Numbered from the stretch's first letter, positions 1 to 11,756 are shown. The stretch: DNA of 64,000 nt from Gammaproteobacteria bacterium (GCA_963662545.2 CAXXLL010000003.1:1-64000); one strand, 5' to 3'. Numbers and translations: made by a program. The notes: generated from the letters alone by a model not told the origin.

Positions 1-185
1 TAGCGCGATGAGGCGTCATGACCTCCTGCGTCCGTGCCGTTCCGCCCACGTCTTTCGCCTCTCACCTCTGTCCATTTAAGGCATATCGACTTCGATCGGA
101 GGGGGCAGTATGGTGGGCCGAGCCGTGACATCTACGCAATCTAGCGATAGAGCTGACGCATTCACGCTACATTCCGGGAGGGAGT

Positions 186-950
186 ATGAGTTGGAACACC
201 GTCGCTATCGAACGCCAGGGACCGGTTGCCATCGTGCGTATGCAGCGCGAGGCGAATCTCAACGCGTTCAACCGAGAACTGACTGTCGAGTTGACCGAAG
301 CGGCTCGCACCTTTCACGACGACCACGATACCCATGTCGTCATTCTTACCGGTACTTTACGGGCGTTTTCTGCCGGCGCCGATCTTAAGGAAATACACCC
401 GCCGATGACCTTCGCGGAACAACGCCAGCGGAGCCATCTGGGTCGTCATCTGTGCCGTACTTGGGAAGAGATGCCGCAGACCACCATCGCCGCGATCGAA
501 GGGCCTGCCGTCGGAGCGGGGGTGGCGATTACCCTTTGCTGCGATTGGCGCGTCATGTCGAGAAGCGCTTACCTGTATGTCCCTGAGGTAAAGATCGGTT
601 TGACCTTGCAATGGCAGGCGATTCCCCGGCTGGTGGCGCTGGTCGGGCCCGCCCGCGCCAAACGCATCGTCATGCTGTGTGAAAAGATGGGCGCGGAGCA
701 GGCCCTGGCCTGGGGCCTGGTCGAGGAGATCGCCGATGACGGCCAGGCGGTGGACGCGGCGATGGAACTGGCGCGAGCGGCACTCGAGATGCCGCCGGTT
801 ATCATGACCATGACTAAACAGGCGATCAACGCCACGGCCAATGCCAAGCTGCATGCGTCGTCGTTCATGGATGCCGATGTCTCGCTGATGGTACTCAACA
901 GCGACGCAGCCAAACAGGCCCGGGAGGCGTTCCGCGGTGATTCACGATGA
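186..950 (+). CDS. Enoyl-CoA hydratase/isomerase (crotonase) family protein
   Basis: AFSAGADL and IAAIEGPAVGAG crotonase motifs; RBS GGGAG upstream. Confidence 0.9.
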   Translation: MSWNTVAIERQGPVAIVRMQREANLNAFNRELTVELTEAARTFHDDHDTHVVILTGTLRAFSAGADLKEIHPPMTFAEQRQRSHLGRHLCRTWEEMPQTTIAAIEGPAVGAGVAITLCCDWRVMSRSAYLYVPEVKIGLTLQWQAIPRLVALVGPARAKRIVMLCEKMGAEQALAWGLVEEIADDGQAVDAAMELARAALEMPPVIMTMTKQAINATANAKLHASSFMDADVSLMVLNSDAAKQAREAFRGDSR

Positions 951-1181
951 GTCATTCCCGGGGGGGCGGGTTCGGTCTTGCCGTTTGACGTTTTGGACTC
1001 GGTCAGGCGACCCGTAGGGGATCTGGAAGACCATTGCTGATGACTAGACAACCATCGCACCCGAATTCCGGCCCGCAATGTCGGCGAAAAGAAATCTTTG
1101 GACGCGCAAACGAAAAGCTGTCATCGATTTCCCAATCGTCTCGCCGTGATTCCCTATGCCGTACAAGTCCCTAGCCCGGGC

Positions 1182-2477
1182 ATGAATATGCCGCCGCTAG
1201 CCGACCAGCTTCGACCGACATCGCTTGCTGAGTTTCACGGCCAGGGTCACCTGCTCGGCGAAGGTCAACCGCTGCGGCGCGCACTCGACGGCGGCATGCT
1301 GCATTCCATGGTTCTGTGGGGACCGCCGGGCAGCGGTAAAACGACGCTCGCCCGCATGCTTGCGACGAATGCCGAGGCCCAATTCATATCCTTTTCGGCC
1401 GTGCTCGGCGGCGTAAAGGACATTCGCGCCGCCGTCGAACAAGCGCACCAGGGGCGGGCGATGGGCCGCTCGACCGCCGTCTTCGTGGACGAGGTGCACC
1501 GGTTCAACAAAGCCCAGCAGGACGCCTTTCTGCCGCACATCGAAAGCGGCACCATCACCTTCATCGGGGCGACGACGGAGAACCCCGCATTCGAACTCAA
1601 TAACGCGCTCTTGTCGCGCCTTCGCGTGTATACGCTACGCCCGCTGGATGAACCGGCCGTGCGGCAGGTCATCGATCGCGCGATCGCGAAGATGGCCCCG
1701 GATCGAACGATATCGATGGCATCAGATCTGCGCGACGGTCTCGCGCGCGTGGCCGACGGCGATGCGCGGCGCGCGCTCAACCTGCTGGAGCTCGCAGCGT
1801 CCCTGGCGAAGAACGGCCGCATCGACGAGGCGAGCATGAAGCGGGCCGTCGAGGGTGCGGAGATACGGCGGTTCGATAAGGGCCAGGACAACTTCTACGA
1901 TCAGATCTCGGCCCTGCACAAATCCGTCCGCGGTTCCAATCCCGACGCCGCACTCTATTGGTACGCGCGGATGCTGGACGGGGGCTGCGACCCCGGCTAC
2001 ATCGCCCGGCGGGTTCTACGCATCGCCTCCGAAGACGTCGGCAATGCCGACCCGCGCGCACTCGGCATCGCACTGGACGCATGGGAGGCGTGGCGCCGCA
2101 TGGGCTCCCCGGAGGGCGAACTCGCGATCGCCCAGGCAATGGTGTACTGCGCGGTCGCCGCCAAGAGCAATGCGGTTTACGTGGCATTCAATCGCGCCAC
2201 TGCCGCCGTGAAATCCCGCGGTTCAGACGCCGTGCCGACGCATTTACGGAATGCGCCCACGGCACTCGCGCGAGCTGAGGGGCACGGTGAGGATTACCGC
2301 TACGATCCCGACGAGGCGGATGGTTTCGCCGCGGGTCAGACGTATTTCCCCGCGGCGCTCGGCGAATTGATCTTCTATGAACCCGTCGATCGCGGCATGG
2401 AGATCAAGATTGCGGAAAAACTCGAACGCCTGCGCCGCGCAGGCAAGGCCGGCGGCGGCGACACGCTCGCTCGATAG
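1182..2477 (+). CDS. rarA: Replication-associated recombination protein A (RarA/MgsA AAA+ ATPase)
   Basis: PLADQLRP, WGPPGSGKT, DEVHRFNKAQQD, FYDQISALHKSVRGS; start taken at ATG 1182. Confidence 0.95.
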   Translation: MNMPPLADQLRPTSLAEFHGQGHLLGEGQPLRRALDGGMLHSMVLWGPPGSGKTTLARMLATNAEAQFISFSAVLGGVKDIRAAVEQAHQGRAMGRSTAVFVDEVHRFNKAQQDAFLPHIESGTITFIGATTENPAFELNNALLSRLRVYTLRPLDEPAVRQVIDRAIAKMAPDRTISMASDLRDGLARVADGDARRALNLLELAASLAKNGRIDEASMKRAVEGAEIRRFDKGQDNFYDQISALHKSVRGSNPDAALYWYARMLDGGCDPGYIARRVLRIASEDVGNADPRALGIALDAWEAWRRMGSPEGELAIAQAMVYCAVAAKSNAVYVAFNRATAAVKSRGSDAVPTHLRNAPTALARAEGHGEDYRYDPDEADGFAAGQTYFPAALGELIFYEPVDRGMEIKIAEKLERLRRAGKAGGGDTLAR

Positions 2478-2509
2478 GGTTCGTAAGGGATAGGGAGTGC
2501 GCGGGAATC

Positions 2510-2883
2510 GTGGTCGAGAATCTGATACTTATCGCTGCCGGTGGCGCCTGTGGTGCGGTCTTGCGCTTCGGGATCTCATCGAGCGTCGCGGCGGTGTTCG
2601 GCCCCGGATTTCCGTTGGGCACCTTGGTCGTCAACGTCCTGGGTTCATTGCTTATCGGTGTCCTCTACGTGTTTCTGACCGAGCGCGTCATGGGCGGCGC
2701 GGGCATGCGCGCGCTGCTCGTGGTGGGATTGTTAGGGGCATTTACGACATTTTCGACCTTCTCCATTGAAACTTTGCAATTGATTGAGAATGGCGAGGCC
2801 GCGAGAGCGCTTGCGAATGTGTTCGCCAACGTCGTGCTCTGTCTCGCCGCCTGCTGGCTCGGTCTGATAATCGTCAGAGAGTT

Positions 2884-2887
<4 letters not shown>
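2510..2887 (+). CDS. crcB: Fluoride efflux channel CrcB/FluC
   Basis: GGACGAVLR, FPLGTLVVN, GAFTTFSTFS motifs. Confidence 0.93.
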
Positions 2888-4655
<1,768 letters not shown>

Positions 4656-4734
4656 CGAATTCGGGTCGCCCTGATACTAAACGGCCCCGCAGTGCGGGGC
4701 CGATAGTTTTGCAAGCTGCTTCGACGGACAAGCG

Positions 4735-5400
4735 TCAGTCGTCACCGGCAAAACCGAGCAGGTGAAGCAGGTTGATGAAGATGTTGAAGATGCTCAGGTA
4801 CAGGCTGATGGTGGCGTAGACGTAATTGGTTTCCCCGCCGTTAATCATGCGGCCGGTGTCATAAAGTATGAACCCGCTCATCAGCATGATGATGACCGCT
4901 GACAGCGCCAATGAAAGTGCCGGAATGTGGAGGAAAATATTGACCAGCATTGCCCCGACGACGACCAGGAAGCCGACGAAGAGAAAGCCGCCGAGGAAGC
5001 TGAAGTCACGCCGCGTGGTCAGCGCATAACCGGACAGCCCCAGAAAGATGACGCCGGTTCCGCCGAGCGCGGTCGCCACGATCTGCGGCCCGTTCGGCAA
5101 CGCCAGATACTGTGTCAGCATCGGGCCCAGGCCCAGTCCGAGCAAGCCGGTGACGGCGAATACGATGCCGATGCCGGCCGCCGAATTGGCGTAGCGGGGC
5201 AGGACGAACCACACTAAGAGAATGCCACCGATAAAGGAACCGAAAGCAATGCCGCTCGGTACCTGCAAGACGATAGACAAGGTGGCGGTGAAGGTGCTGA
5301 AAATCAGCGTCATCGCCAGCAGCGTGTAGGTATTGCGAATCAGCTTGTTGGTCGATAAGACCGCAGCTTCTGAACGGGCGGTAGCGATGTTAGTTGCCAT
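4735..5400 (-). CDS. yccA: Bax inhibitor-1/YccA family membrane protein
   Basis: NKLIRNTYTLL, ILYDTGRMINGGETNY, LYLSIFNIF; about 7 TM segments. Confidence 0.92.
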   Translation of the reverse strand: MATNIATARSEAAVLSTNKLIRNTYTLLAMTLIFSTFTATLSIVLQVPSGIAFGSFIGGILLVWFVLPRYANSAAGIGIVFAVTGLLGLGLGPMLTQYLALPNGPQIVATALGGTGVIFLGLSGYALTTRRDFSFLGGFLFVGFLVVVGAMLVNIFLHIPALSLALSAVIIMLMSGFILYDTGRMINGGETNYVYATISLYLSIFNIFINLLHLLGFAGDD

Positions 5401-5651
5401 ATAGGAATTCCTCTTGAATAAAGCGCGACGAACGCTCGATGGTTATTTGGACCACGCGTCCGTACTGTAAGTTTCTATATCGAATGATAGGGGCGAAACA
5501 TTAAATTTCAACTAAAACCATGCCTTTATGTGGCGTTTTTTATGCGATAACCTTGCTCGCGACGGCCACCGGGAGGCCGATTCCATGACGAATTCGGGGA
5601 CTTAAGGGGCCCGAAAGCGCCGCAAAGGGCGAATACGGTCAAAAAGTAATC

Positions 5652-5825
5652 GGAGAGGCGTTGGAGCAGTTGAATGCACTGGAGTTGAAATGCAGCAAGG
5701 GGTAGCACCCTTCGGGGGTTCGACAAACTCGCGAAAGCGAGTTTGGACGCTGCAGCGAAGCGGAGGCGCCCCGCAGGGGTGAGCGCGAGCCCAAGCTCGT
5801 GTGAATCAATCCCTCCTGGGCGCGA
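5652..5825 (+). pseudogene. Degenerate tRNA-Ser copy with an ~85-nt palindromic insertion in the T-loop
   Basis: Aligns to the adjacent tRNA-Ser up to GGGGGTTCGA, then an insert (5724-5808), then ATCCCTCC. Acceptor stem unpaired, no CCA. Confidence 0.8.
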
Positions 5826-5882
5826 TGCAACGTAGTCGTCTAAGTCGTCGCCGATGCGACTATTGCCGAAGGAAAAATTATC

Positions 5883-5972
5883 GGAGAGGTGGCAGAGCGG
5901 TTGAATGCACTGGTCTTGAAAACCAGCAAGGGTTAGCGCCCTTCGGGGGTTCGAATCCCTCCCTCTCCGCCA
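5883..5972 (+). tRNA. tRNA-Ser(TGA)
   Basis: 90 nt; GGAGAGG/CCTCTCC acceptor stem, CTGGT-CTTGAAA-ACCAG anticodon arm, long variable arm, GGTTCGAATCC, encoded CCA. Confidence 0.97.
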
Positions 5973-6024
5973 TAACATTCAGTAAGCTTCTGTTTTTACT
6001 GGATGAATGTCCGTAGGTCCAAAC

Positions 6025-6045
6025 TCTACCCACGTTTCTACCCAC
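6025..6045 (+). repeat. TCTACCCAC x2 (12-bp period), putative integrase arm-type sites
   Basis: Direct repeat about 55 bp downstream of the tRNA 3' end. Confidence 0.5.
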
Positions 6046-6204
6046 AACTCGATCGCTCAAACACGCTTAAATTACCTTTTGAGACGGGCTTCGATCGTGG
6101 GTACAGCCGGCGACTGCATCGTCTGCAGGGACGCTGCAGTCGGGCATTTCGATCTTGTTCCCAAGCGCCCACGGCTACGATCTCAGCGATCCGTCAGTGG
6201 GGGA

Positions 6205-6462
6205 TTATCGGGTGCGGCTCTGCTTTGCGCTGAACGCGCGATTGAAGATTTCGGCTGTCGGCGCCCTCAGCGCGTCTGGGTTATAGCGGCCCCGTGGGCT
6301 ACAGAAATATTCGACGTATGTGAGGCAGGCCAGCGACTCCGCAGCGCACCTATCAGCTTTCGCGCAACCATCGCAGGGCGGCGCCGGCATCTTCTTGTTG
6401 GGCTCAGCGAGCGTCCGTAATAGATCGTGTGCCTTCGTTGAGGGGAGAGCGACGTCTACCAT
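6205..6462 (-). CDS. Small Cys-rich hypothetical protein (phage/integrative-element-like)
   Basis: PPCDGC...RC...LAC pattern; first ORF inside the island; start taken at MVDVAL. Confidence 0.45.
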   Translation of the reverse strand: MVDVALPSTKAHDLLRTLAEPNKKMPAPPCDGCAKADRCAAESLACLTYVEYFCSPRGRYNPDALRAPTAEIFNRAFSAKQSRTR

Positions 6463-6484
6463 AATGCGGATATTACACCCGCCC

Positions 6485-6514
6485 ACGGTCTCCGGAGGAA
6501 CGGTCTCCGGAGGA
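6485..6514 (+). repeat. Perfect tandem 15-mer ACGGTCTCCGGAGGA x2
   Basis: Read directly from the sequence. Confidence 0.85.
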
Positions 6515-6747
6515 CAGCCATGAATGATCGCTTCGGATCTTACCTTCGCGCCTGTGTCGAGATTGGAAATCTATACCGCGTGGCACTCGGCTATTAGATA
6601 TGCGCCAGAGGGGCCGAAGCGGCGCCGATTGAATCTACAACGATGTTTCTGTTCGTACGCATCGGGAACTCGGTAACGATGGCCATATTGCAGCGGGCGC
6701 TATGGCCGGAGGGTGGGGAAGAGGAATAAGAAGCGTCGATATAGCCC

Positions 6748-6820
6748 ACGTCCGCTTTACCCGAAAGCAGCCATCACCGACGATGCGAATCCCACACTTG
6801 ACCATGACGGCTTACGGCCA
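6748..6820 (+). repeat. Palindrome cluster: ACGTCCGCTT-TACCCGA-AAGCAGCCAT plus the left half of the next site (ATGACGGCTT-ACGGCCA)
   Basis: The second site is completed by AAAGCGGACAT at 9409-9419, after the inserted element. Confidence 0.75.
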
Positions 6821-6944
6821 AGGGACTAAACCGCTCGCGCGGTAGGGGGAGGTTTCACCAGGCGTTAGCGATGGATTGACGGGAAGGGTCTGTCCCGTGT
6901 TGATGTTGGTTTGCGACATGCAACTCAACACAAGGAACAGACCC

Positions 6945-7835
6945 ATGACCCAGAACAAGCATTCTATCAGCCCGTTGCGTCAACGCATGCACGACGACAT
7001 GCGCCTTCGTAAGCTCTCTGAGAAAACACAGACAGCCTATATCCGTGCGGTCAAGAATTTCACCCGCTTTCTCGCCCGTTCTCCCGACACCGCCGGTAGC
7101 GAAGACCTGCGGCGTTATCAACTTCACATGGTCTCCACCGGCGTGTCTCGCACGACCATCAACGCCACCATCACCGGTTTGCACTTTTTCTTTGAGATCT
7201 CCCTCGAGCGGCCCGATGCGATGAAACGGATGAGTACCGTGCACGTGGAACGTAAGCTCCCGGTGGTCTTGAGCGGTGAGGAAGTTGCGCGCCTGTTACA
7301 AGCCGCGCCCGGCATCAAGTACCAGGCGGCGTTGTCGCTCGCCTATGGCGCCGGCCTTCGCGCCGGCGAGGGAGTCATGCTGAAAGTCACCGATATTGAC
7401 CGTGAGCGCAAGCTCCTGCGCGTCGAGCAGGGTAAGGGACGCAAGGACCGCTACGCTATGCTCTCACCGACCTTGCTCAAGGTGTTGCGCACCTGGTACC
7501 GCAGCGCTGCATCGCAGGGCAAGATGTGGCCCCACGGCTGGCTGTTCCCGGGGCAGAACCCCGTCAACCCTCTGACCACCCGCCAGCTCAACCGGGCCTG
7601 TCATGCGGCGGTGGACCTAGCGACCATCGATAAGCGCGTGTCGCTGCATACGCTGCGCCATTCATTCGCAACTCATTTACTTGAGCAGGGGGTCGACATC
7701 CGTGTGATCCAGGTGCTGCTCGGACACCAGAAGCTCGAGACCACCGCGCTGTACTCCCAGGTCGCCACGCGCACGCTTCGTGAGGTCGTGAGCCCACTGG
7801 AACATCTCACCCTGGAGTTGAGACCGCCCGCCTGA
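6945..7835 (+). CDS. Tyrosine recombinase/integrase with N-terminal SAM-like domain
   Basis: YGAGLR, GKGRKDR, HTLRHSFATHLLE, LLGH, TTALY; RBS AAGGA before ATG 6945. Confidence 0.93.
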   Translation: MTQNKHSISPLRQRMHDDMRLRKLSEKTQTAYIRAVKNFTRFLARSPDTAGSEDLRRYQLHMVSTGVSRTTINATITGLHFFFEISLERPDAMKRMSTVHVERKLPVVLSGEEVARLLQAAPGIKYQAALSLAYGAGLRAGEGVMLKVTDIDRERKLLRVEQGKGRKDRYAMLSPTLLKVLRTWYRSAASQGKMWPHGWLFPGQNPVNPLTTRQLNRACHAAVDLATIDKRVSLHTLRHSFATHLLEQGVDIRVIQVLLGHQKLETTALYSQVATRTLREVVSPLEHLTLELRPPA

Positions 7836-7848
7836 CCCGGCGGGTGAG

Positions 7849-9042
7849 GTGTCTCGGCAACCGCTCGAGGTCGCGGATATCTTCCGCGCCTACGGTCCGG
7901 CTTGGCGTCATGCGCACGCCGGACACCTCAGTCTCGGGCAGCTGAAGGTCATGTCGGCCATCGAGCGCTGTCGTAGCGCAGCGCTCGGCGGCCACGTTGT
8001 GCACTGCGACGCCTGTGACCACATCGAGATCGCCTACAACTCCTGCCGTAACAGGCACTGCCCGAAGTGCCAGGGCGCAGTGGCCAGGCAATGGCTTGCC
8101 GCGCGCGAAGCCGAGCTGCTACCGGTCGCGTACTTCCACGTCGTGTTCACGGTGCCGGCAGAGATCGGCAACCTCGCCTATCAGAACAAGGCCGTTATCT
8201 ACAACCTCTTGTTCAAAGCCGCCGCCGAGACCTTGCTCACCATCGGGGCCGATCCCAAACACCTCGGGGCACGCCTGGGGCTCACCGCCGTGCTGCATAC
8301 CTGGGGCTCGGCCATGACCCATCATCCCCATCTGCACTGCATCGTGCCTGGCGGCGGGCTCTCGCTCGACGGCGTGCGTTGGCTCGCCTGTCGGCCCAAC
8401 TTCTTCTTACCGGTGCGGGTGCTCTCGCGGTTGTTCCGACGCCTGTTCCTCGGCCAACTGGGTGAACTCCACGCGGGCGGACAGTTGGCCTTCTTCGGCC
8501 AATACCAGGGACTCGAAGACCCGCACGCCTTCGCCGAGTTCCTCACTGCGTTGCGTAAACGCGAGTGGGTCGTTGATGCCCGCCCGCCCTTCGCCGGACC
8601 CGCCGCGGTGCTCGAATACCTCGCCCGATATACCCACCGCGTCGCCATCGCTAACTCGCGTCTCATCACCTTCGACCAACAACGCGTGAGCTTCAAGTGG
8701 AAGGACTATCGCGCCCAGCAGGAGAACCGCTACAAGACCCTGTCGCTCGAGACCGGCGAGTTCATCCGCCGCTTCCTCATCCACGTCCTACCCCACGGCT
8801 TCCATCGCATTCGCCATTACGGGTTGTTCGCAAACGGCGGGCGCACCGAGAACCTCGCAAAGGTCCGCGCTCTGCTCGGCATCGAGACACCCCAAGATGT
8901 CAACGACAACGACAACACTGATGAGGCGACACCCGACTGGCTACGCTGTCCGTCCTGTGGAGGTGCGATGCACATCATCGACACCTTCGAGCCCGGTCAC
9001 GCGCCCTGTGCACCACCGCACCGCGGAGGCGACCCACCTTGA
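7849..9042 (+). CDS. IS91-family rolling-circle transposase with N-terminal Zn-binding domain
   Basis: YNSCRNRHCPKCQ, HPHLHC (HUH), YLARYTHR, RIRHYG. Confidence 0.93.
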   Translation: MSRQPLEVADIFRAYGPAWRHAHAGHLSLGQLKVMSAIERCRSAALGGHVVHCDACDHIEIAYNSCRNRHCPKCQGAVARQWLAAREAELLPVAYFHVVFTVPAEIGNLAYQNKAVIYNLLFKAAAETLLTIGADPKHLGARLGLTAVLHTWGSAMTHHPHLHCIVPGGGLSLDGVRWLACRPNFFLPVRVLSRLFRRLFLGQLGELHAGGQLAFFGQYQGLEDPHAFAEFLTALRKREWVVDARPPFAGPAAVLEYLARYTHRVAIANSRLITFDQQRVSFKWKDYRAQQENRYKTLSLETGEFIRRFLIHVLPHGFHRIRHYGLFANGGRTENLAKVRALLGIETPQDVNDNDNTDEATPDWLRCPSCGGAMHIIDTFEPGHAPCAPPHRGGDPP

Positions 9043-9691
9043 CCCTCGACCGTTCGAACTCGCCAGCCCACCAGCCCACAAATCGCCGCTTTACCACCGG
9101 CAACGTTACCGTCTTGCTTGGCGCCGTGACGAAACCACATAGCGGTACCGATCCCGCTCCTCAACGTCCGGTCACCCACCCACCTCATTGCACGCTGACC
9201 CGTTCTTGCCCGACACACCGCTTGCCGTTGGCTACCGATCATATCAATCCGAACAACGCCACCCTCAAATCCCCATAGCACCGTGCCGACCAACGCGCCG
9301 GCGTTCTTCTCCCGCGGTTTCCTCCCTTGAGGCTTGTCAGACGCCTGCCCCCACCCTCTCGACCCAGTCCGTCCACTGTCTACGGCAGGCATCTGACAAC
9401 CCTTAACAAAAGCGGACATGCCCGGTCTCGCGACATACTACCCCGGCGACCACACATCAATTTGGTTGAGGTCGAAGGTCGTGGCCGGTGGTCGCGCGCT
9501 TCACCCCGCCGTAGGTTTGTCTTGAAGCGTATTTCCTGCTTTTATGTCCCACTCTCGCGGCCCGCTGACGCACCCCATACGCACCCTGAGCGCTGGTCTC
9601 CGGCCGACGGCCAGAGCGACGGTGCCAAGTATAGGCGGCATTAACACCTCTTCCCCCCCACTTCACGTTAAACATCCGGCGAGTAGCAATT

Positions 9692-9889
9692 ATGGGTCGC
9701 CGCCAATTAGTGGAGTTCCATCCCCAAGCCGGCGGTGCACGTCGGTATTGCGAGGCGCTGCTGAAGCGTAGCGTATTGTGCAAAGAAACCCACAAGGATA
9801 CGGTTCGCTTCACCCCTCCGTTGGTGATCAGCAAAGACGAGGTCGATTGGGCGCTCGAGCGAATCGAGCCAGTGCTGCGAGAGAACTGA
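9692..9889 (+). pseudogene. rocD: C-terminal fragment of ornithine aminotransferase (class III)
   Basis: GGARRYCEAL...LCKETHKDTVRFTPPLVISKDEVDWALERI; the N-terminal part is absent. Confidence 0.75.
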
Positions 9890-10115
9890 CGGATAACAGA
9901 AAGGAAATCACGTTTGACATAAGAGGAGTTATACGCACCTCAAGTGTGAACCGCAGATTGTAGTGTCGGTTTTTCCTTCGCTGGAGACCCGACATGGACC
10001 CGAGAGTCACTGTAATAGTTCTTGCGACTGGAGTGAAACTCATCCGATGAGCATGTACTCACCTTGTCGCTGGAAACTTGTTCGCACATAGCTATACCCC
10101 ACGTTCGAGCAGCCG

Positions 10116-11060
10116 TTACCGGTCCAGTTCTTCCAGTACCTTCCCGAAGCTTTCGATGCTCTCAATCGTATTCGGCACCAGAGCCACCTGCAGGTGCGCG
10201 ATACCCTGCTGTGCGAAATCCCGGATGCCGGCGGCAATCTCCTGCGGCGAACCGGAAAGTGGCGTGGCTGTATCCGGCGCCATACTCAACGGTATCTTGC
10301 CTGTTCCGGTCGGGGCCACCTGGATGGAGATGGTGCGTTCCAGCGTCGCCGGATCCCGGCCCGCGTCACGGCATGCCGCATCGACGAGCTCACGCCGTGC
10401 CGGAACCTCGTCGGCGTTGCTGCGTTCGCTGCACAGCCAGGCATTCCACATCTGAACGTGCGGCACCGTGATACGCAACATGCGTTTGCCGGTTGAACCG
10501 ATCATGATTGGGGGCCCATTGGGGCGAGGGCCGCGCGGGCGCAGCTCGCAATCTCTGGCCGAGTAATAGGTGCCCTCGAAATCCACGGCACCGTCCACCA
10601 GCAGGCCGCGGATAATGGTAAAGGCCTCTTCAAAACGGGAGACCAGGCGATCGAACGGATAGCCGAAGGCACGGTATTCATCTCCGTGCCAGCCGGCACC
10701 GAGGCCGAGGATGATTCGTCCACCGGAGATCTCCTCCACCGTATCCACAATTTTGGCCAGCATGGCCGGGTTGCGGTACGAGGTAGGTGTCACCAGTGAG
10801 CCCAGTTCCACTCGTTCGGTTATGGCCGCGAGACCCGTGAGAATGGACCAGCATTCTCTTACGCCCTGCTGCTCGATGGTGGTCGCGTCGCCGCGATAAA
10901 GCAGGTGATCAACGAACCATATGGAGTCGATACCCATGTCCTCGATCAGTCGGGCCATGGCCACATAGTCGCTCCAGCCAGCAGTTTTGCCACCCATGTC
11001 CCACTCGGCCTCGGGGAGAACCAGGCCCAGTTTCAACGGTCGCTTCCTTTGTGAGTTCAT
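10116..11060 (-). CDS. LLM class flavin-dependent oxidoreductase
   Basis: DSIWFVDH, AAITERVELGSLV, RNPAMLAK, SGGRIILGLGAGW. Confidence 0.9.
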   Translation of the reverse strand: MNSQRKRPLKLGLVLPEAEWDMGGKTAGWSDYVAMARLIEDMGIDSIWFVDHLLYRGDATTIEQQGVRECWSILTGLAAITERVELGSLVTPTSYRNPAMLAKIVDTVEEISGGRIILGLGAGWHGDEYRAFGYPFDRLVSRFEEAFTIIRGLLVDGAVDFEGTYYSARDCELRPRGPRPNGPPIMIGSTGKRMLRITVPHVQMWNAWLCSERSNADEVPARRELVDAACRDAGRDPATLERTISIQVAPTGTGKIPLSMAPDTATPLSGSPQEIAAGIRDFAQQGIAHLQVALVPNTIESIESFGKVLEELDR

Positions 11061-11256
11061 CGTCTTCCCCCGGTCGATATTGGATGAGTACCTGCATCAC
11101 CATCTCAGAGCGTCGTAGTCTTATCGAATCTTTGACCTGACACGAAAATCCCTCGAGAAAGCAACGGCGATCGGACATGGCTTCTTCTCATAAATACGGC
11201 GGAATTATCGTGAGAAATCGAGCCACTGCCCTAGCAGAAGCCTACCAGCAGAATTC

Positions 11257-11455
11257 ATGGAGACTCAGACATCACTTCGCGAGGGGGTCGGCTCCGGCGG
11301 CGTTTCAGTGGCGATGGCAGAAGCGTGGCCCAACTTGTCGATCACGCTCGCTGACCTTCCCAGCACGGTCGCAGTTGCGGAGCGTTATATCAGCGAAGCT
11401 GGGCACAAGTCTCGCATTCAGTTGCGACCGACCGAGATTGGCGCCGAAAAGCTGA
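11257..11455 (+). pseudogene. Fragment of a SAM-dependent O-methyltransferase
   Basis: GVGSGGVSVAMAEAWPNLSITLADLP..VAERYISEAG..SRI resembles the Methyltransf_2 core; truncated at both ends. Confidence 0.6.
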
Positions 11456-11486
11456 AGGAACCTACGACGTAGCCATTATACGGGGT

Positions 11487-11756
11487 GTGATTCCCGTACT
11501 CTCCCCGGACCAGAACCAGGCTGCAGAAGATAGAGGCCGGTTCGACTTGATTATGCTGCAGGCATTTCGCGAAAGTGATATTCAATACCATCAAAAACGA
11601 TCACAAGCACTCGATGAAGATCACTGGTCTGCAACATACAGAACGATAGAATTCATCGTAAATACCGCTGGCGGAAGGGAATCTTGGGAGCGCCAAAAAA
11701 ACTTTGTAAGTAATTCTTTTCAAGACCTCGTGAACGAAATGCACAGAAATGCCTAG
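11487..11756 (+). pseudogene. 3' half of a hypothetical gene related to 15319-15876
   Basis: EDRGRF...YHQ...LDEDHW...GGRESW...FQDLVNE mirrors the C-terminal pattern of the 15319 protein. Confidence 0.5.

Larger units (their letters stand above)
6821..9408 (+). mobile_element. Two-gene element: tyrosine recombinase + IS91-family (HUH/Y2) transposase
   Basis: Ends AGGGACTAAACCGCTCGCG... and ...CTGACAACCCTTAACA; removing it restores a palindrome; no terminal IRs or clear target duplication. Confidence 0.85.

Noticed and set aside
2478-2510. Fluoride riboswitch before crcB
   Set aside because: Only 32 bp separate rarA and crcB, and the motif is not visible.
5652-5825. Functional intron-containing tRNA
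   Set aside because: The acceptor stem cannot pair, the anticodon stem has a mismatch, there is no CCA, and the insert is too short for a group I intron.
5526-6060. ORFs overlapping the tRNA and pseudo-tRNA (and mirrors at 20969-21429)
   Set aside because: Spurious translations of structural RNA sequence.
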